In this document: piece by piece, positions 49,155-62,971 of the stretch
Layout: every line of letters begins with the position of its first letter
Position numbering within the stretch: position 1 is the first letter of the stretch
Assembly (NCBI GenBank): GCA_044892525.1
Contig: CM097885.1
Location: 39,682,001 to 39,746,000 of the forward strand
Reading direction: 5' to 3'
Length of the DNA: 64,000 nucleotides
Source: Schmidtea polychroa
Lineage: Eukaryota
Made by a program: the position numbers and the translations under genes
The notes under the pieces: generated by a model
The model's database searches: none
What the model saw: only the letters and a program-made list of their open reading frames with translations
What the model was told of the DNA's origin: nothing

Positions 49155-52100
49155 TTAATCATCTTTTTTTTCTTTTTTAATTTTCTTGACTTTTTTATGC
49201 TTGTGTTTTTTATGTTTCTTTTTTCTTTTAGTATCATCGTCATCGGAATGGTCTCGACGTTTTGATCTAAAAACCAATATATTTTATGTATATAAAACTA
49301 ACTAGAAAATAAAAACTTTTTCGTTTTCTTCTCCTTCGACACAATTCCTAGTCTTGGTGCAGGAAGCGAAACAGTATCACAATTATCGTACATGTAATTA
49401 TTGTTCTGTGCTGGATCAACTGCGCAACCCATAGTATATTTTGTTGGTTGAATTTCTTTTTTAATCTCTAATGGCTGCTCGAGATGGCAAATATCATCAT
49501 TTCGCGGATTATTTGTATGCTGTTTGGTAGTATTTATCATCGACCTCTGATTATCTTCCATGCGATCCCTCGATATCTTTGGAACACTTCGACTACGACT
49601 CATGACTCTTGAGACACGAGGTTTATCATCGGAATTTAATTTCGTTTTAGAACTACGATTGTTCTTATTAGGTCGATATTCATTTGCATGATATCGGGAG
49701 GAATTATCTTCATGATTTTTTTCATTAACTGAATCTCGCTTATCTTCAGGATTTACTGTTAAATACCTTAATAATTAATTAATTAATCAATAAACATAAA
49801 TCACTAAAACTAACTTGAGAAATGTATTAATAGAATCTTCCATTAGTTTTGGATCAATGGCTTTTATATCTGAATTAGAAAAATCAGATTTAAAAGATCC
49901 GCGATCTTTCGGAGAATGATAATTTGATCTTCGATGCCTGGATCTTGATTCTCTTTCGTCATATTCATCCTTACCGTCACGATGTTTATTATCTGGATAA
50001 GGAACTTTGTAATGTCTGTTTAAATTGTATTTCTTTTCGTATTTATCTTTATAATCACGATACTTCGATCGAGATTTATGTTTCCTTGGCGACTGACTTC
50101 CAGATGGAGATTTAGAACTATCACGATATTTCTGTTTCATTCTAAAAATTATTAAAATAAGTCAAATAAGATTTATCATCTCACTTCTCTGCTCTTAGTT
50201 TTCTTTGTCGTTCATAAAATTCTTCTTTTGTAAGGATTCGAGAATTACTTAATGGAGGTGGAGGAATATTAATTCCATTATTTATCCAATTAGATGCATT
50301 AGTAGTCGGATTAAGACCTGCTCCAAACATTGAATGCATAGGTAGACTATTATACATTGAATTAATTAAAGGCCATTGCAACGGTTCCAAAGTGTTCATA
50401 TGAATGGGATTGTTGATAAATTGTTGTTGAACAGAAGTAGCTAGATGAGTCGTTGTAGGGAAATGATTTAATAAATGAGTTGTGGTATCCACGCCAGGAT
50501 TCATTATAGTACTGAAAGTTTGATGCATCGATGATGATAAATCATTATTTACACTCATATGTCCTTTCATATTATCCATTCTAGAATTATGTGAACTTGA
50601 ATTTCCTTTTACGGACTCAACCTTTCTATCTAAAGAGTTTTTAATTCCATTATCATTTCGTTTAACTACGGTTTCTATTTTCAAATTCTGGTCATTAGTT
50701 GATTTCTGGCCAATATTCTTTTCAGAATCGACAACATTTTCATGTTTTTCAACATTGTTTTCATCTGCACCTTCAAAATCTTGAACTTTTTCAAATATCA
50801 AATCGTTAACATCAATATCATTAAGATTATTGTTGGCAACCTTTTCTATTTTCACTTCATTTTCTATACTTTTAACAGGTTCTATAATATTTATAACATC
50901 AATCTTGTTTTCTACATTGTTCTGTTTATCTGGAGTAGAAGGCTTGATATTACTAGGCGAATCCGTCCGAATAAGACTAACTGTTTTTGGTTTCAATACC
51001 CGCCTGTTATTTACAAAAACCTTTAAATAATATATATATAATAAAAATGAGAACTAATCAACCGTAATTCACCTTTTCTGTTTCTGCTTTATTCAATAAA
51101 CTGTCAACATCCGTGTTAGCTGATTCATATTTCATATCAGGAGATTTACTAGAATCCTAAATAGCAAACAATATTATTATAGAAATATAAAATGCGGCCT
51201 GATCAACAGTCATACAATCCAAACACTACCACATAGCGCAACCCCGACCCCAGCTGATATGATGTTTTCAATACTTGGCGGTTCCAAAGAAATTTGAATA
51301 CCGATTTCCCTAGTTAATTGAACTCATTGAGACGACAATGTCGCTACAACGCAAAAAAATTCAATGGCTCAAGAAACACAATATGAACTAGCATTCAATA
51401 ATTTGTCTTTAAATGATGTACAATTAACATATACAGAAAGTATTTTAAATAACATTTGACCAATGGATAGTCTCAGACATAAAGTTACACACAACGGATA
51501 GCGCACGCCAAATAACGCAGCCAGGCATACGCAAAATACAAACAACCACCTTTTCATATAATTAAAATTATACGACTGGTAGAAAAATTTCAAAAATATA
51601 TTTGTAGACAAAAATCATAAAATCTTAACAATAATAAAATAATTGAACTCTGGAAAAACCAATACTAGACGCAACGAATATTAAAATAACTCATAAAATT
51701 ATAAATAATAAAGAAAACTATAACAAGATTCCACGACAATCAACTTTCTTTTATCGCGTGGTTTCGTTAAAGGCAAAAAAATATTTATTGAAAACTTGTT
51801 GCGTGAAGTATTGTAAAGAAATTCTAAATGCACAATTTACTTCATTAAGTTCAGTTTTTTTATTGGAAGAATGATTCAGAGTAGTAACGCAACTATCGAC
51901 GATTTCTTTCGTTAACAAATTAGCTTTCCAGCATTGAATTAGTTGACGTAATAACTCGTGTTCGATGAGAGATGTATGATGCTCGATAAGTGATTGACAA
52001 TTTGGACATTTTCGGGAACCGTTAACTTCAGGATCATACAAATAATCAGTAATACATTTTTCACAATAAACCGATGAACAACACGGTGCACAAGTCGGAT

Positions 52101-53309
52101 TCTCAAGTAATTTACAACAAAGAGAGCATTTTATTTTCGATGGAAATTCTTGATCCTTAGGAACATAAGGAGGATTTTCTTCGATTGAAAATGGTCTCTT
52201 TTCTTTCTTACCCATTGCATATGCCTCGCTGAAAATAGACTCGATAAAACATGACATGGAATTTCAACGGTTCACGTACGCATCTTTAATTGGGACCATA
52301 TATTTGCCCTCTTTTGTCAGATAAGCTCCTGGAGTTCCGGGAGAAACTTCTAATAAGAAATCTTGTGGTATTCCAGTTGGACGTTTAACGGATTTAAAAT
52401 CAAGCAGGCGACCGTCTTTATCACGTAAGCCTGGACACTCGTGAATCCAATGACCACCTTGATGGCATTTATTACAGACATAAGTTGCTGGTGGTATTCC
52501 ATACGGCTTAGATTTGACAAGAAAGCTAAAATTTAATGACGTATTTTAATATTTTAGAATATTCTTATTCAAATACAAAAAATCACATTATACATTAAAT
52601 TCAATTATTATATTTTTATTAACATTAATTTTTGTAAATTTAGGATATATATTGCAATTTATATTTTCGATATATTTAAAATAAATATTTATATATTAGT
52701 AAATACTTTTTTTCTGAGTATTCTTCTGAGCACCTTTTAGCCATAATGTCAATCTTTTCATCGTCTGGAATATTAGACTTTGCTAAATTTATTGACTATT
52801 ATCATTTAAAAATATGACATTAAAAATTAAATCTCACATTACTGTACGGGTTAATTTTCGGAAGTGAATTAATCTGTAAAAAAAATAATTACATTTATAG
52901 AATTAAAAACAACTACAGCTTTATATGGATCCCTTCGAGTCATATCTTCAGGATTTCTTAATGAATATATTATTAAATTTAAATTGTTATAAAAAAACTA
53001 CGCAATCTTCTTTCTAGGCATATCATTAGCTTTAGGTAGACGTCTAACAATCAAGTCACTAAATTTTGGGATTAAATCATCTTCTTTTGAATACTCTATT
53101 AAATTTATTTTCTTAACGGTAAGATTAAGATTAAAAACTTTACCTTTTCCTTGTTTATCAAGAATTTGCAATTCAAAATCAGTTGATTTTAGTCCACAAG
53201 ATAATCTTATCGCATTTCTCAAATCTTTAACTGAAATAGCCGAGCCATCAAATGGTATAGTATACTGCTTAATAGAAGCTTTAAATTTAAAATAAACCGC
53301 CGAGGACAT
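49155..53309 (-). CDS. RBBP6: E3 ubiquitin ligase RBBP6 (Mpe1/SNAMA) orthologue, about 12 exons
   Basis: DWNN domain (VYFKFKA...FDG..ISV.DL...LIVRRLP; exons 53309-53144, 53095-53002), zinc knuckle CNKCHQGGHWIHEC plus KRPTGIP (~52525-52280), RING CSLC..CAPCC..YCEKC..CPNC (~52228-51840), LTKEEFY, RS-rich exons and a Lys-rich last exon ending at TAA 49155; most introns are about 40-50 nt. Confidence 0.93.
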
Positions 53310-55034
53310 TAAATTTTAATAAAAAATCAATTAAGATTTTTAATTAATGGCGACGTGTTTGTAAACTAAACTTTAATAAAACAAATGAATTTTTTAATTT
53401 TAATTAAATATTACAAAATTATAATAGTGTTTTTTCTTTCCAAAGTTAACTTTATTTATTTTATATAATTTTAAGTTATGTTTTAACTAATTTTTATTAT
53501 TAAGTCTTTATGTGTAATTATTTGTCATTTTTCATATAGTTTCGTCATTTAAATGGTATTTAAACATTTAGGCTAGTTTTAAATTGTATATACTAAAATT
53601 TTTGAGTAAAATTAATTCAAAATTTTAAAATTAAATCAGATCCTATAGCAAAAAATAGTAAATTAAAATACGTAGGTTCCCAGATACTCCTTAAAAGATC
53701 ATATTATTTGTTTTGGTACTAATATGGAATACTGAAAATTCATCACTTCTAAAAATCCATTGGATTATTCATTAACATTTAAAAAGGCTAAAAATTTTAT
53801 CTTTATTCTAATATTCCTCATGTCTCATCTTCAGTATTTAAAGTGCGTGAAACCTCAGAGCTCAGTAACTCGCTTAGTTCTGTAAATTGTTTGTGCATTT
53901 TGATACTTACAATGAAACCAGGAGGCAGGTATTCTGAAGCCTGGCTATGAAGTGATCATTGAATAAAACGTTCTGATGGATGAATCTAGCGAATTTTGAA
54001 GCTCGTTTCCTTATTGAAGTTGGGTAAAACTGATTTTGAGTTCAAGTGACTGAATCGTGACGTCGGAATATAGCATGCAGACATAAAATTAAGTTGAGTC
54101 AAAATCAAACAATTCCAAATATCAATTTAACAAATAAATAGAATTTACACAACACAAAAATAGACTAATATGAAACAAAAGCAAGAAGTATTACATCTAA
54201 TCCACTCAAATACAACATTGATACATAACAAAAGTAGGCGCTTATGAGTGTGTCATTATAAATGTGTTAGGGGTACTTTTGGATTTTGAATCTACTCCTT
54301 CCTAAAAGCATTCATGATTATTGTACTTTATACCATCCGCGTACCCATGGTCACAACCATGTTGGTACTGTACACAATGGTTGAAAATCAATGAGCAGGT
54401 GAGGTCTACTGCTAAAACTACTCCTCATTGTATTTTCATTTTCGGGTTCTGACTGCCGATAGAAGGTCTTACGTCATTATTCATTATCTATTTCTTTCTG
54501 AGATTGTTGATATTGATTCTTGTAATTATGGTCCTCATTTCTGGGTATTTTCCAATGTTATCTCCGAAAATTTTGCACAGGGATTTCCCTTATTTATTAG
54601 TCAATAAATGTCGTTCTATCTACGTCATATTTCTATTAAAATCATGATACCAGTGATGAACTCGTCGGAGACCCTCCGAACGAAATCCAATCAACTAAGT
54701 GGTGAAACCCCATTGAGATCCAACACGACACAAATACGCGAGGTATCTGCATACAGGAACGTACTTAGGTCTCGTGACACTGTTCAATAAATCCAACTTG
54801 ATCCACGGCTAATGGTAAGATCCATTCCACCTTAAATATTAAAATCACTCAAAACTTTCAAATTAAAACGAGAAGTAAACGATAAAAAACGTAAACACAA
54901 AACAAAACTAATGTTGGGCTAGAACTGATTTCTAGACCCACAAATAAGTTCGTTACTGAAAAGTGACGGTACATAGCATGCAACTTAGCACTAAGTTTAG
55001 TAAAAATCCAAACATATAAAAACATCAACTAAAC

Positions 55035-55283
55035 CAGTGGTGGCCAACCCAAATCAATCGAAGGGCCAAATTTTCGGAAAAATACTATCACGGGCCACAA
55101 TAAATTCATTTAAATAAATATAACTCGTTTTTACGATTCAAGTAAACTTAGAATCAATTTTTTAAATTAAAAACATTCTTAATTCGAATGTGAATTCTAA
55201 AAAAGACAATTATTGATTTAACGTTTAAAATTGTGTCCGGGCCACATCAAAACGCTTCGCGGGCCAGCGGTTGGCCATGGCTG
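55035..55283. mobile_element. 249-bp hAT (Buster/Charlie-like) MITE
   Basis: TIRs CAGTGGTGGCCAACC / GGTTGGCCATGGCTG; 8-bp TSD AACTAAAC. Confidence 0.88.
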
Positions 55284-56639
55284 AACTAAACAACAATAAG
55301 AAAGAAAGACACACACACAAAGTTAAAACATCTAAATAAAAGTAAAAATAAAACATAGCAAGAAGTATATATATATAAATTATAATTCTAGGCCCTCATA
55401 AATAACCCCTAAGCCAGGGTTGGGGAACTTGCGGCCTCCCGGAGCTTCATGTGCGGCCTCTGGAGCCTTATCGAAATAAATCTTAATTTATATAAAAAAC
55501 CATGAATTTTGAGGATTTACAAATAAAAATACTTGGAACTACTGAACTGTATACATACTGTACTGTACAAGTATCCCACCGAGTACAAAGAACGACATAT
55601 AAAAGTCAATCATTCACACGCATAAATACAAAACGTATGTAGCCGAATAAATAAGATTATTTAGAACTCATTTGTGAAATGATGACTTATTTGCATCAAT
55701 TTTTCGATTCAGAAATGATAAACATTTCCCAGAATAGTGGTGGGTTACTGGTGGTTGATTAATTACGATTTTGTGCTGTTACCAGCGTAACCCAGAATGC
55801 AACATTGTTTTCCGCTTGGTACCCGTTGAGTAATCAACGTTGGTACTGTACCAAGGGGTTGAGTACTCACAAAAAGTGAGCGCACCTAGGCGCTATAATT
55901 GTCGAGTACTCTATGGGTTCACGGACTACCGTTAGAAGGTTTGTGTCCAATTTCCTCAGGTCCCTTATCGAAATTGTTTTCCCAAACCCTTATGCACAAA
56001 CTTTCATTCCCCAGGCACTCATATAAAAAAATATCTCGTATACTATTTTAATACACTACAAAAATATACAAAACAAAAATTCACAAAAGTTCATATTGGC
56101 TCGTTGGCAGAGCTGGTTAGTCCCGTCGTAGACGCTTGCAATGTCTACAAAAATACCGTGAGTATTTTAACAAAACTAAGCTCAAAGAAACTTTCCAGAT
56201 AACAACTCACTTGAATGTTTTGAACAAAAATGAGCGAAATTGAGAACAAACGATTAGATGGCGATTAACTTCTGGCCACAACCCTAAATATATAACATGA
56301 AAATTAAGATTTTAATTATTGAATTCGTTGTTTTCTGCCTGGAAATACTAACAGAATATTTTTTTTAATTCAAAGAATCTTCATTATAAATATTTGAATT
56401 GAAAAAATTAAATGAAGGATATATAAGTGTACATACTATTATAATATTATAATATTATATAAAATTATACTATATAATAATGTTTAAATATGCTTAAATA
56501 ACTAAATTGTTTAAATATTTTTAAATAACTAAATTTAAATTAATTAAATAAACTTTTCATATAACTTTATTTCTTTCGTTTTAGTATCCATAAAGTAAGT
56601 AAATAAAGAATTTACTACAATATTTTAATTATTTTACTT

Positions 56640-57130
56640 AGTAATGAAGAAAATGAATTATATGATTATGAAGAAGATGAACCAGACAAAATGGTGAAAC
56701 ACTAAAGGAGTTATAGATTTTGGATTTAGAGATTTCTTATTAAAACATGAATTATCAGTTTTAAATGATGTAAACTTTCTTTCAACGAATGTCAAGAAAA
56801 ATGGGAAAACCTATGTTTTAACAATTAAGTAAAGTACTCGTCATATCTGAAGAATATTATTATTAATGAACGACATGAATTAATTCTTTAAAATATATAT
56901 ATGGTGTGAAATGACATTGAAAAAGTATACCACAAATAACAGTTGCCTAATAGTCAGGCAGAATTTAATTTCTGACGATAAAATGTTAGATAACATCTGT
57001 AAGTTAATTGCTTTTAAATTTAGCAATGATAGTTGACACCGCATCAGAAACTAAGAAATACGTCCAATTTGCAAGATGTATTCCAAATGGCCCGATGGAG
57101 ATGATAATTTTGAGATAGATTACCAGCAGA
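56640..57130 (+). pseudogene. DDX39: Heavily decayed DDX39/UAP56 DEAD-box helicase pseudogene
   Basis: Collinear remnants across frameshifts: ENELYDYEEDE, GFRDFLLKHEL, CQEK..GKT, DKML, LTPHQK, EIRPICK, PME. Confidence 0.72.
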
Positions 57131-57859
57131 AGTGCGAGAAACCCTTTGTAAATTAAATATAATAGGGTTGGGTGGGTCCTCTTTATTCCTTAATTAATAT
57201 ATATTTACAAGCTGATCGTCGTGGTGGGCGGTTGTAATCCAACTAGTGGGAGGCCTCTGTAAATATATATTTGTGTTAGTGAAAACATTAATTAATTTGG
57301 TTATAGTGCCAATGACGCATGTATTTTGAAATTATACGTTTCGAATGTGCTGGTAGTTGACTACCCATGCTAGGCGTAATGTTCCGTACGGAAAGCTATA
57401 ATGCCCAGGTTCTTCTGACCCCACTTGGGGGAGGCACAGACGACCCTTGTGGACGCGAACAAATATCCACCGTGTCTTTCAGGCACAGATATTTGGTCAC
57501 TGCTCATTAGGCCTGGCAATACTAAATTCATAAACTTTGCCTTGTCCTCTCTTGTCTTGATTTTTATCGTTTTAATATTATTAAAAATAGTATGTGTGAT
57601 AGGTTTTATTTACTAACCTTAATTAATATACCCTTGCGACATGTTGAGTGTGAGTAGTACCCTGGTGACCATTACCCATATAAGCAGTACCCATAGGGGG
57701 ACAGAATATTTTGTCGGATAAAATTCTGACTATATACACCCATGTTAAACAAGGTATGTGTATATAGAATGTATGTGTAAAATTATCCCTCCTTATTGAC
57801 AACTTCCTGTAAAGGCAAACACAGAATATTGCAAACATATAATAATTCTCTACCCCATA

Positions 57860-57966
57860 ACTTAGTGTGTAAAAATTATTTTAGGTTTTTGACTAATTAT
57901 AATAGAAATAATAAAGTTTAATGGTTGTGTGTGTAAAAATATTTTATATTTTTGACTAATATTTGC

Positions 57967-58044
<78 letters not shown>

Positions 58045-58100
58045 GTTTAATGAATTGTGTATGTGTGTAAAAATATTTTATGTTTTTGACTAATATTTGC

Positions 58101-58136
<36 letters not shown>

Positions 58137-58210
58137 TGTTAATGGGTTGTGTGTGTGTGTGTAAAAAATATTTTAGGTTTTTCAATAATAATAATAAAGT
58201 TTAATGGGTT
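57860..58210. repeat. Compound tandem repeat (about 3-4 units with (GT)n and (AAT)n tracts)
   Basis: Recurrent AAAGTTTAATG..TTGTGTGTGTAAAAATATTTTA..TTTTGACTAATATTTGC(AAT)n. Confidence 0.85.
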
Positions 58211-61200
58211 ATTACGTATATTACGGAGAAAGGGACCTCCAAAGCTTTAATCAGTTAGTGTCTTCTATCTTCTATCATGGAGTTTCTGAACTTAGCATCT
58301 TTATTTTGAACTTTTCCCCAGGCCGCGTTACATCAACATCATACTTGAGAGGTGTGGTTTGGTCGTATTGTGTTTTGAGTTGAGTTGTGTCTTTTGAAAT
58401 AGGAGTCATGACAATAAATTCTTCATAACTTTTAACAGGAAACCAAGGAGACAGAAATAGGTCAACCTATCATATTTTAGTTCAAATATTAAATATATTT
58501 GTAGTCAGATATCGATTTGTGTTAAACGTAATCCCACCTTACGAATTTACTTATATTTACTTATCGTTAATAAAGTACGAAATTGATTTTTTAACTACTT
58601 TTTCAAAAAATTCTGTCATTAACATTCAGCTCGTATAGAATCAATTTTTTTTAAATTAAAAAAATGAATTATCCAATAAATTTTAATTTGTAATCAAACA
58701 CTTACAAAAATAGAAAATATATAATTAATAAAATGCCAATTGGTGTGTGAAAATGAAAAAGTAAAAGAAATTTAACTCAATATTTAACTTATAATTTGTC
58801 AGTAACCTATCAAGATCAAGTTATATATATATATATATATAGATGAAGTAAATAATAAAGTAAATTTCTATTATAAAATACCAAGTGATGAAACGAAAAA
58901 TTATGGGAATGCATGAAAAATTAACTTTTATAATTTGTCAGTAGAATATAAATTTCTTTTTTTAATAAAATATGATAAAATCTATGTTTAATATTAAATC
59001 ATTTTTGTAATAATTTTTTTTAATTTAATTTTGCTAAAAAACCGCATTTTAATGCAATCATCAATATAATGGGGTTCAGTAAAAATAAGTATGCAATTTT
59101 GTCTTAAGTCTAGTGTTAAAGAAATGGTTAAAATTAATTTAAATAATTTTATTTAAAATTATTGAAAATTTCGAAATAATAAAACTTCATGTTTGATTCT
59201 ATAATTAAGTACTTTGGTCACGCAGAATTATGCATAATTACATTTTAATTGAATTCTCATTTTGATTGACTTGATTTTGAAATGTTATTTATCTTAAATA
59301 AGGTGTCCGATCATGAATTTGTTAAATTCCACCACTATTCAAAATCCATGAAAATTTCCTTAGTAAAACTTTAGTATTTTTATTATAGGTTACAAAATTT
59401 TAGTATAAAATAATGACTATGCCAGTGTCTTAGTGCTTTCGGGTTGTGTTTGAGAAAACATTTACTCATTTGTTAGTATCTGCTTTATTATTTTTCAAAA
59501 CCAACTTTTAGGATTATCCAATTTTTATAAGGAATTAAATAATACAAATCGTTAACCCATATTTGTATTATTTATAAAGAAAATATTTCCACCCTTCAAA
59601 TGCAACTAAAATAAGCAGCAAAATACTTTGTCGTAATTATGACAATATATTATTTTAATTTTTTAAATTCTCGTTCCAGAGTTAATATTATTTTCATGAA
59701 TAAAAACTTACAAACTAAAAGTCTTAGTCTTATTTTAAGTTTTTATATCATCTGGGTTTCAAAATAATTTTTACTAGACACAGCGCCCGCTCTAGCTTTT
59801 ACGTCACCTTGGACAAAAGATAAATTGCTGCATCTATAAACATATACTTTTTAAAAATATATATTTTAATTTTAAATAAAAACCCAATGTTTTTAAAGTA
59901 TAATAAAATCGTAATAATAACATCTTCTAAATCATTTTTTAAATCTGGTTCAAAAGTTAACGACATAATTCCAAGTATTTATTTAATGAAATATTGTATA
60001 ATTTTCAAACAAATTTTCAGCGTTGAACAAAATATTTTCAAAACCATTTATTAAAATTTCGATATTTAAAATATATTTATTTAAAAATTATACACTAATA
60101 AAACTTCTTCCAAAAAGCTATTTTAATTTTTCAATTTTTCAATTCAAAAATTTCAACTTAAAAAATCCAATTTAAAATTATCTTAATAAATCATTGAAAT
60201 ATCTAATTCTCAGCTGAAAACACCTCACACTGGTTAAGAATAAGCTTTTTCTAATTTTTTTTTATTATGATCTTTTTAAAATCAGGCAAGTCCGTTAAGA
60301 AAATTCAAGTTTATTTAATCAGATTTTTCTACACATGTTGTCCGTTGGAAATATTTACTTGATTAATAAATAAAATTTAATAAAATTAATGAAACAAAAA
60401 TTTACAATTCGGTCAATAAAAAAATTATATAATTAATGTTTGATGACAAAGTAATTTAAATAAACACTGTAAAATTAATTAAATAAACAGACCGAGTCCG
60501 GTAATTATCCATGACATATGTCATCCATCAATAACAAAACTTATAAATAATTGCCTTTTTATTTATTTTAATAAATTCATTTGAATAAAAACGCCAAAAT
60601 TATTTTTCAAATTTTAATTAATCTGATTTAGATTAGTAAAATACAGATTTGAGAGTGATAATAAAATGCCACGTGATTTTATGTAAATAAAGTGAAACTT
60701 GTAGATTAGTATTTTAGTATTTATATGTAGTATTACCTGTTCAAATATGTGCCCTTAATATGGGCTCCGTATTGTAGAGTATAAATGACATATTTAAAAA
60801 ATCTAGTATTCACCATTGAACTGGATTAAGGGTCATGTGGCCTAATACTTTTGAAACCTTTAAACTGATATAAAAGTTCATTTTATACAATTATAAGTTT
60901 AAATTTATGAATACATCGTGTTGGTATTTACAAAAAATACTTTAAAACTTTGTAGATGAATTCATTGGAGTAACATAAACTTTAGGCTCTTAACCAAAAT
61001 ATAGAAAAAGACCATTTAAAGTATAAACATTTAAGATTCTTTTCACTCAATCTCTGTTCCATTCTTTCTTATGAAAAGTGTCTGAATTTAGATTTATGGA
61101 AAATTACATATAGTATTGTGAGGCTATGAAATATTTACTTCCAACAATATTCTTATCGAACGACGTGATTTTAAAAAGTAAAATATAGTTAATTTTTTTA

Positions 61201-61531
61201 CAAAATAAATGTTCAAATAATTACATTTATAATTGTTTTATTTGTCAATCTATATTCAACATTTTTCTTAAGATAAAATCTTTCATTGCATTATTTTCAA
61301 TCATTAGAAACCAAACAGTTCAAAGAAGATTACAGAAATAATTACAGAAAATATATGGTTGTATAGGCTCGCATTAGATAAATATAAATATTGACTTATA
61401 GTCTGAAATGAAGATCAAAGAAATTGACAATAAATAATTTAATCTCTTCTGATACATTGCATTTCATAGAAATTTTTAATAATCTTTAAGTTTTTTAGAT
61501 CTTTTGGTTACTGAAATAATCGCCGCCAAAG

Positions 61532-61679
<148 letters not shown>

Positions 61680-62719
61680 AATAAAGTGGTTATATTACAA
61701 CAATTACATGATAAATTATTAAATTTTATTATCCGAAAAATTCTTTATTTGTTCATATGCTGTTTCATAATACGTTTGCAATTTTTATTAGATTTGGTTC
61801 TTTTTCAATTTTCCTTTCGTATTCTACTTAATTTAAAATATTAATAATATTTTACATATTCTTATACAAGGGTCTTTGAAATTATAGACCGAACTAACGT
61901 TGGCGCACACAACGAAAAGTTATTTAACATTTTAAATAACTTCTTTACAGTCAGTTTTTTGTAAAAATAAATTTCTATTATTAATAAAGTATGCTAACCA
62001 AAATTAGTCCCAGACGAGAATTTACTCTCTATTTATTCAATTTTAATAAATAAATAATTATTTTAATAAATAACTATATAAACATTGCAATGATGATATT
62101 CTAAGAAAAATTAATAAAATTTGTTCATAAAATCTATAATAATTTTTTCTATCCTACCTAAAGATGATAAGTTAACTATCGAAATATATCGTCAAACAAA
62201 TGTTCGAGTGATGGTTTCTGAAAATATTTTTTTAAAATTATAATTCCATTAATATTAAATAATAAATAAATTTAAAGTAAAAAATAATAGTCAACTAAAT
62301 AAAAATTCACTTATAAAAATTAGTAGTTGTCAATATATTTTCTTTGTCATAAATGAAATACTTATTATATTTTTAATATTTACTTTATTTCCTCTTTTTT
62401 CATTTCTTTCTGAAACTTCACTAGTTTTACTTAAATTTTTGTCAGCTGTAATAAGTGAAGCACCACATCTAATGTACGAAGTGTCGCATAGAATTTTGTT
62501 TTTTAGTATGGGACCTCAATAAAAAATAAAAATCTTTTTCATGTTTTAACGGATTTTATATATTTGTATTTAGCTATTAGAACATAATATGTTAACAATA
62601 GTAAATGGATGTCGTATTTGATTTATTTGAAAATGGGATCGAAAACAAGTGAAGCTCAATTATAGTAGATTAATAATAGATATACTTATAAACAAAGCAT
62701 AACGTTTTATAAGAACTTC

Positions 62720-62895
62720 TTTTGATTTTCAATTGACATTACAGGGTTTTTCAATTGAAATCAGATTTTTTTCAAATGAATTCAGAATTTTTTCAAATGA
62801 AATCAGAATTTTTTCAAATGAAATCAGAATTTTTTCAAATGAAATCAGAACTGTTTTAAACGAAATCAGAACTGTTTTAAATTGAATTCAGAATT
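62720..62895. repeat. 21-22 bp tandem array (TTTTTCAAATGAAATCAGAAT-like), probably subterminal repeats of the adjacent transposon
   Basis: About 7-8 degenerate copies just downstream of the transposase stop codon. Confidence 0.8.
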
Positions 62896-62971
62896 TTTAT
62901 GGGTAATAAAATATTATATACACTTTAAATGAAATCACGATAGAGTAAAAATTGGTAGTTAAAATTTTTAA

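Noticed and set aside
56097..56150. tRNA-like A-box (GGCTCGTTGGCAGAGCTGGTTAG)
   Set aside because: No B-box or cloverleaf follows; at most a SINE-head relic.
62720..62895. CRISPR-like regular repeats
   Set aside because: Head-to-tail tandem units with no unique spacers, no cas genes, eukaryotic context.
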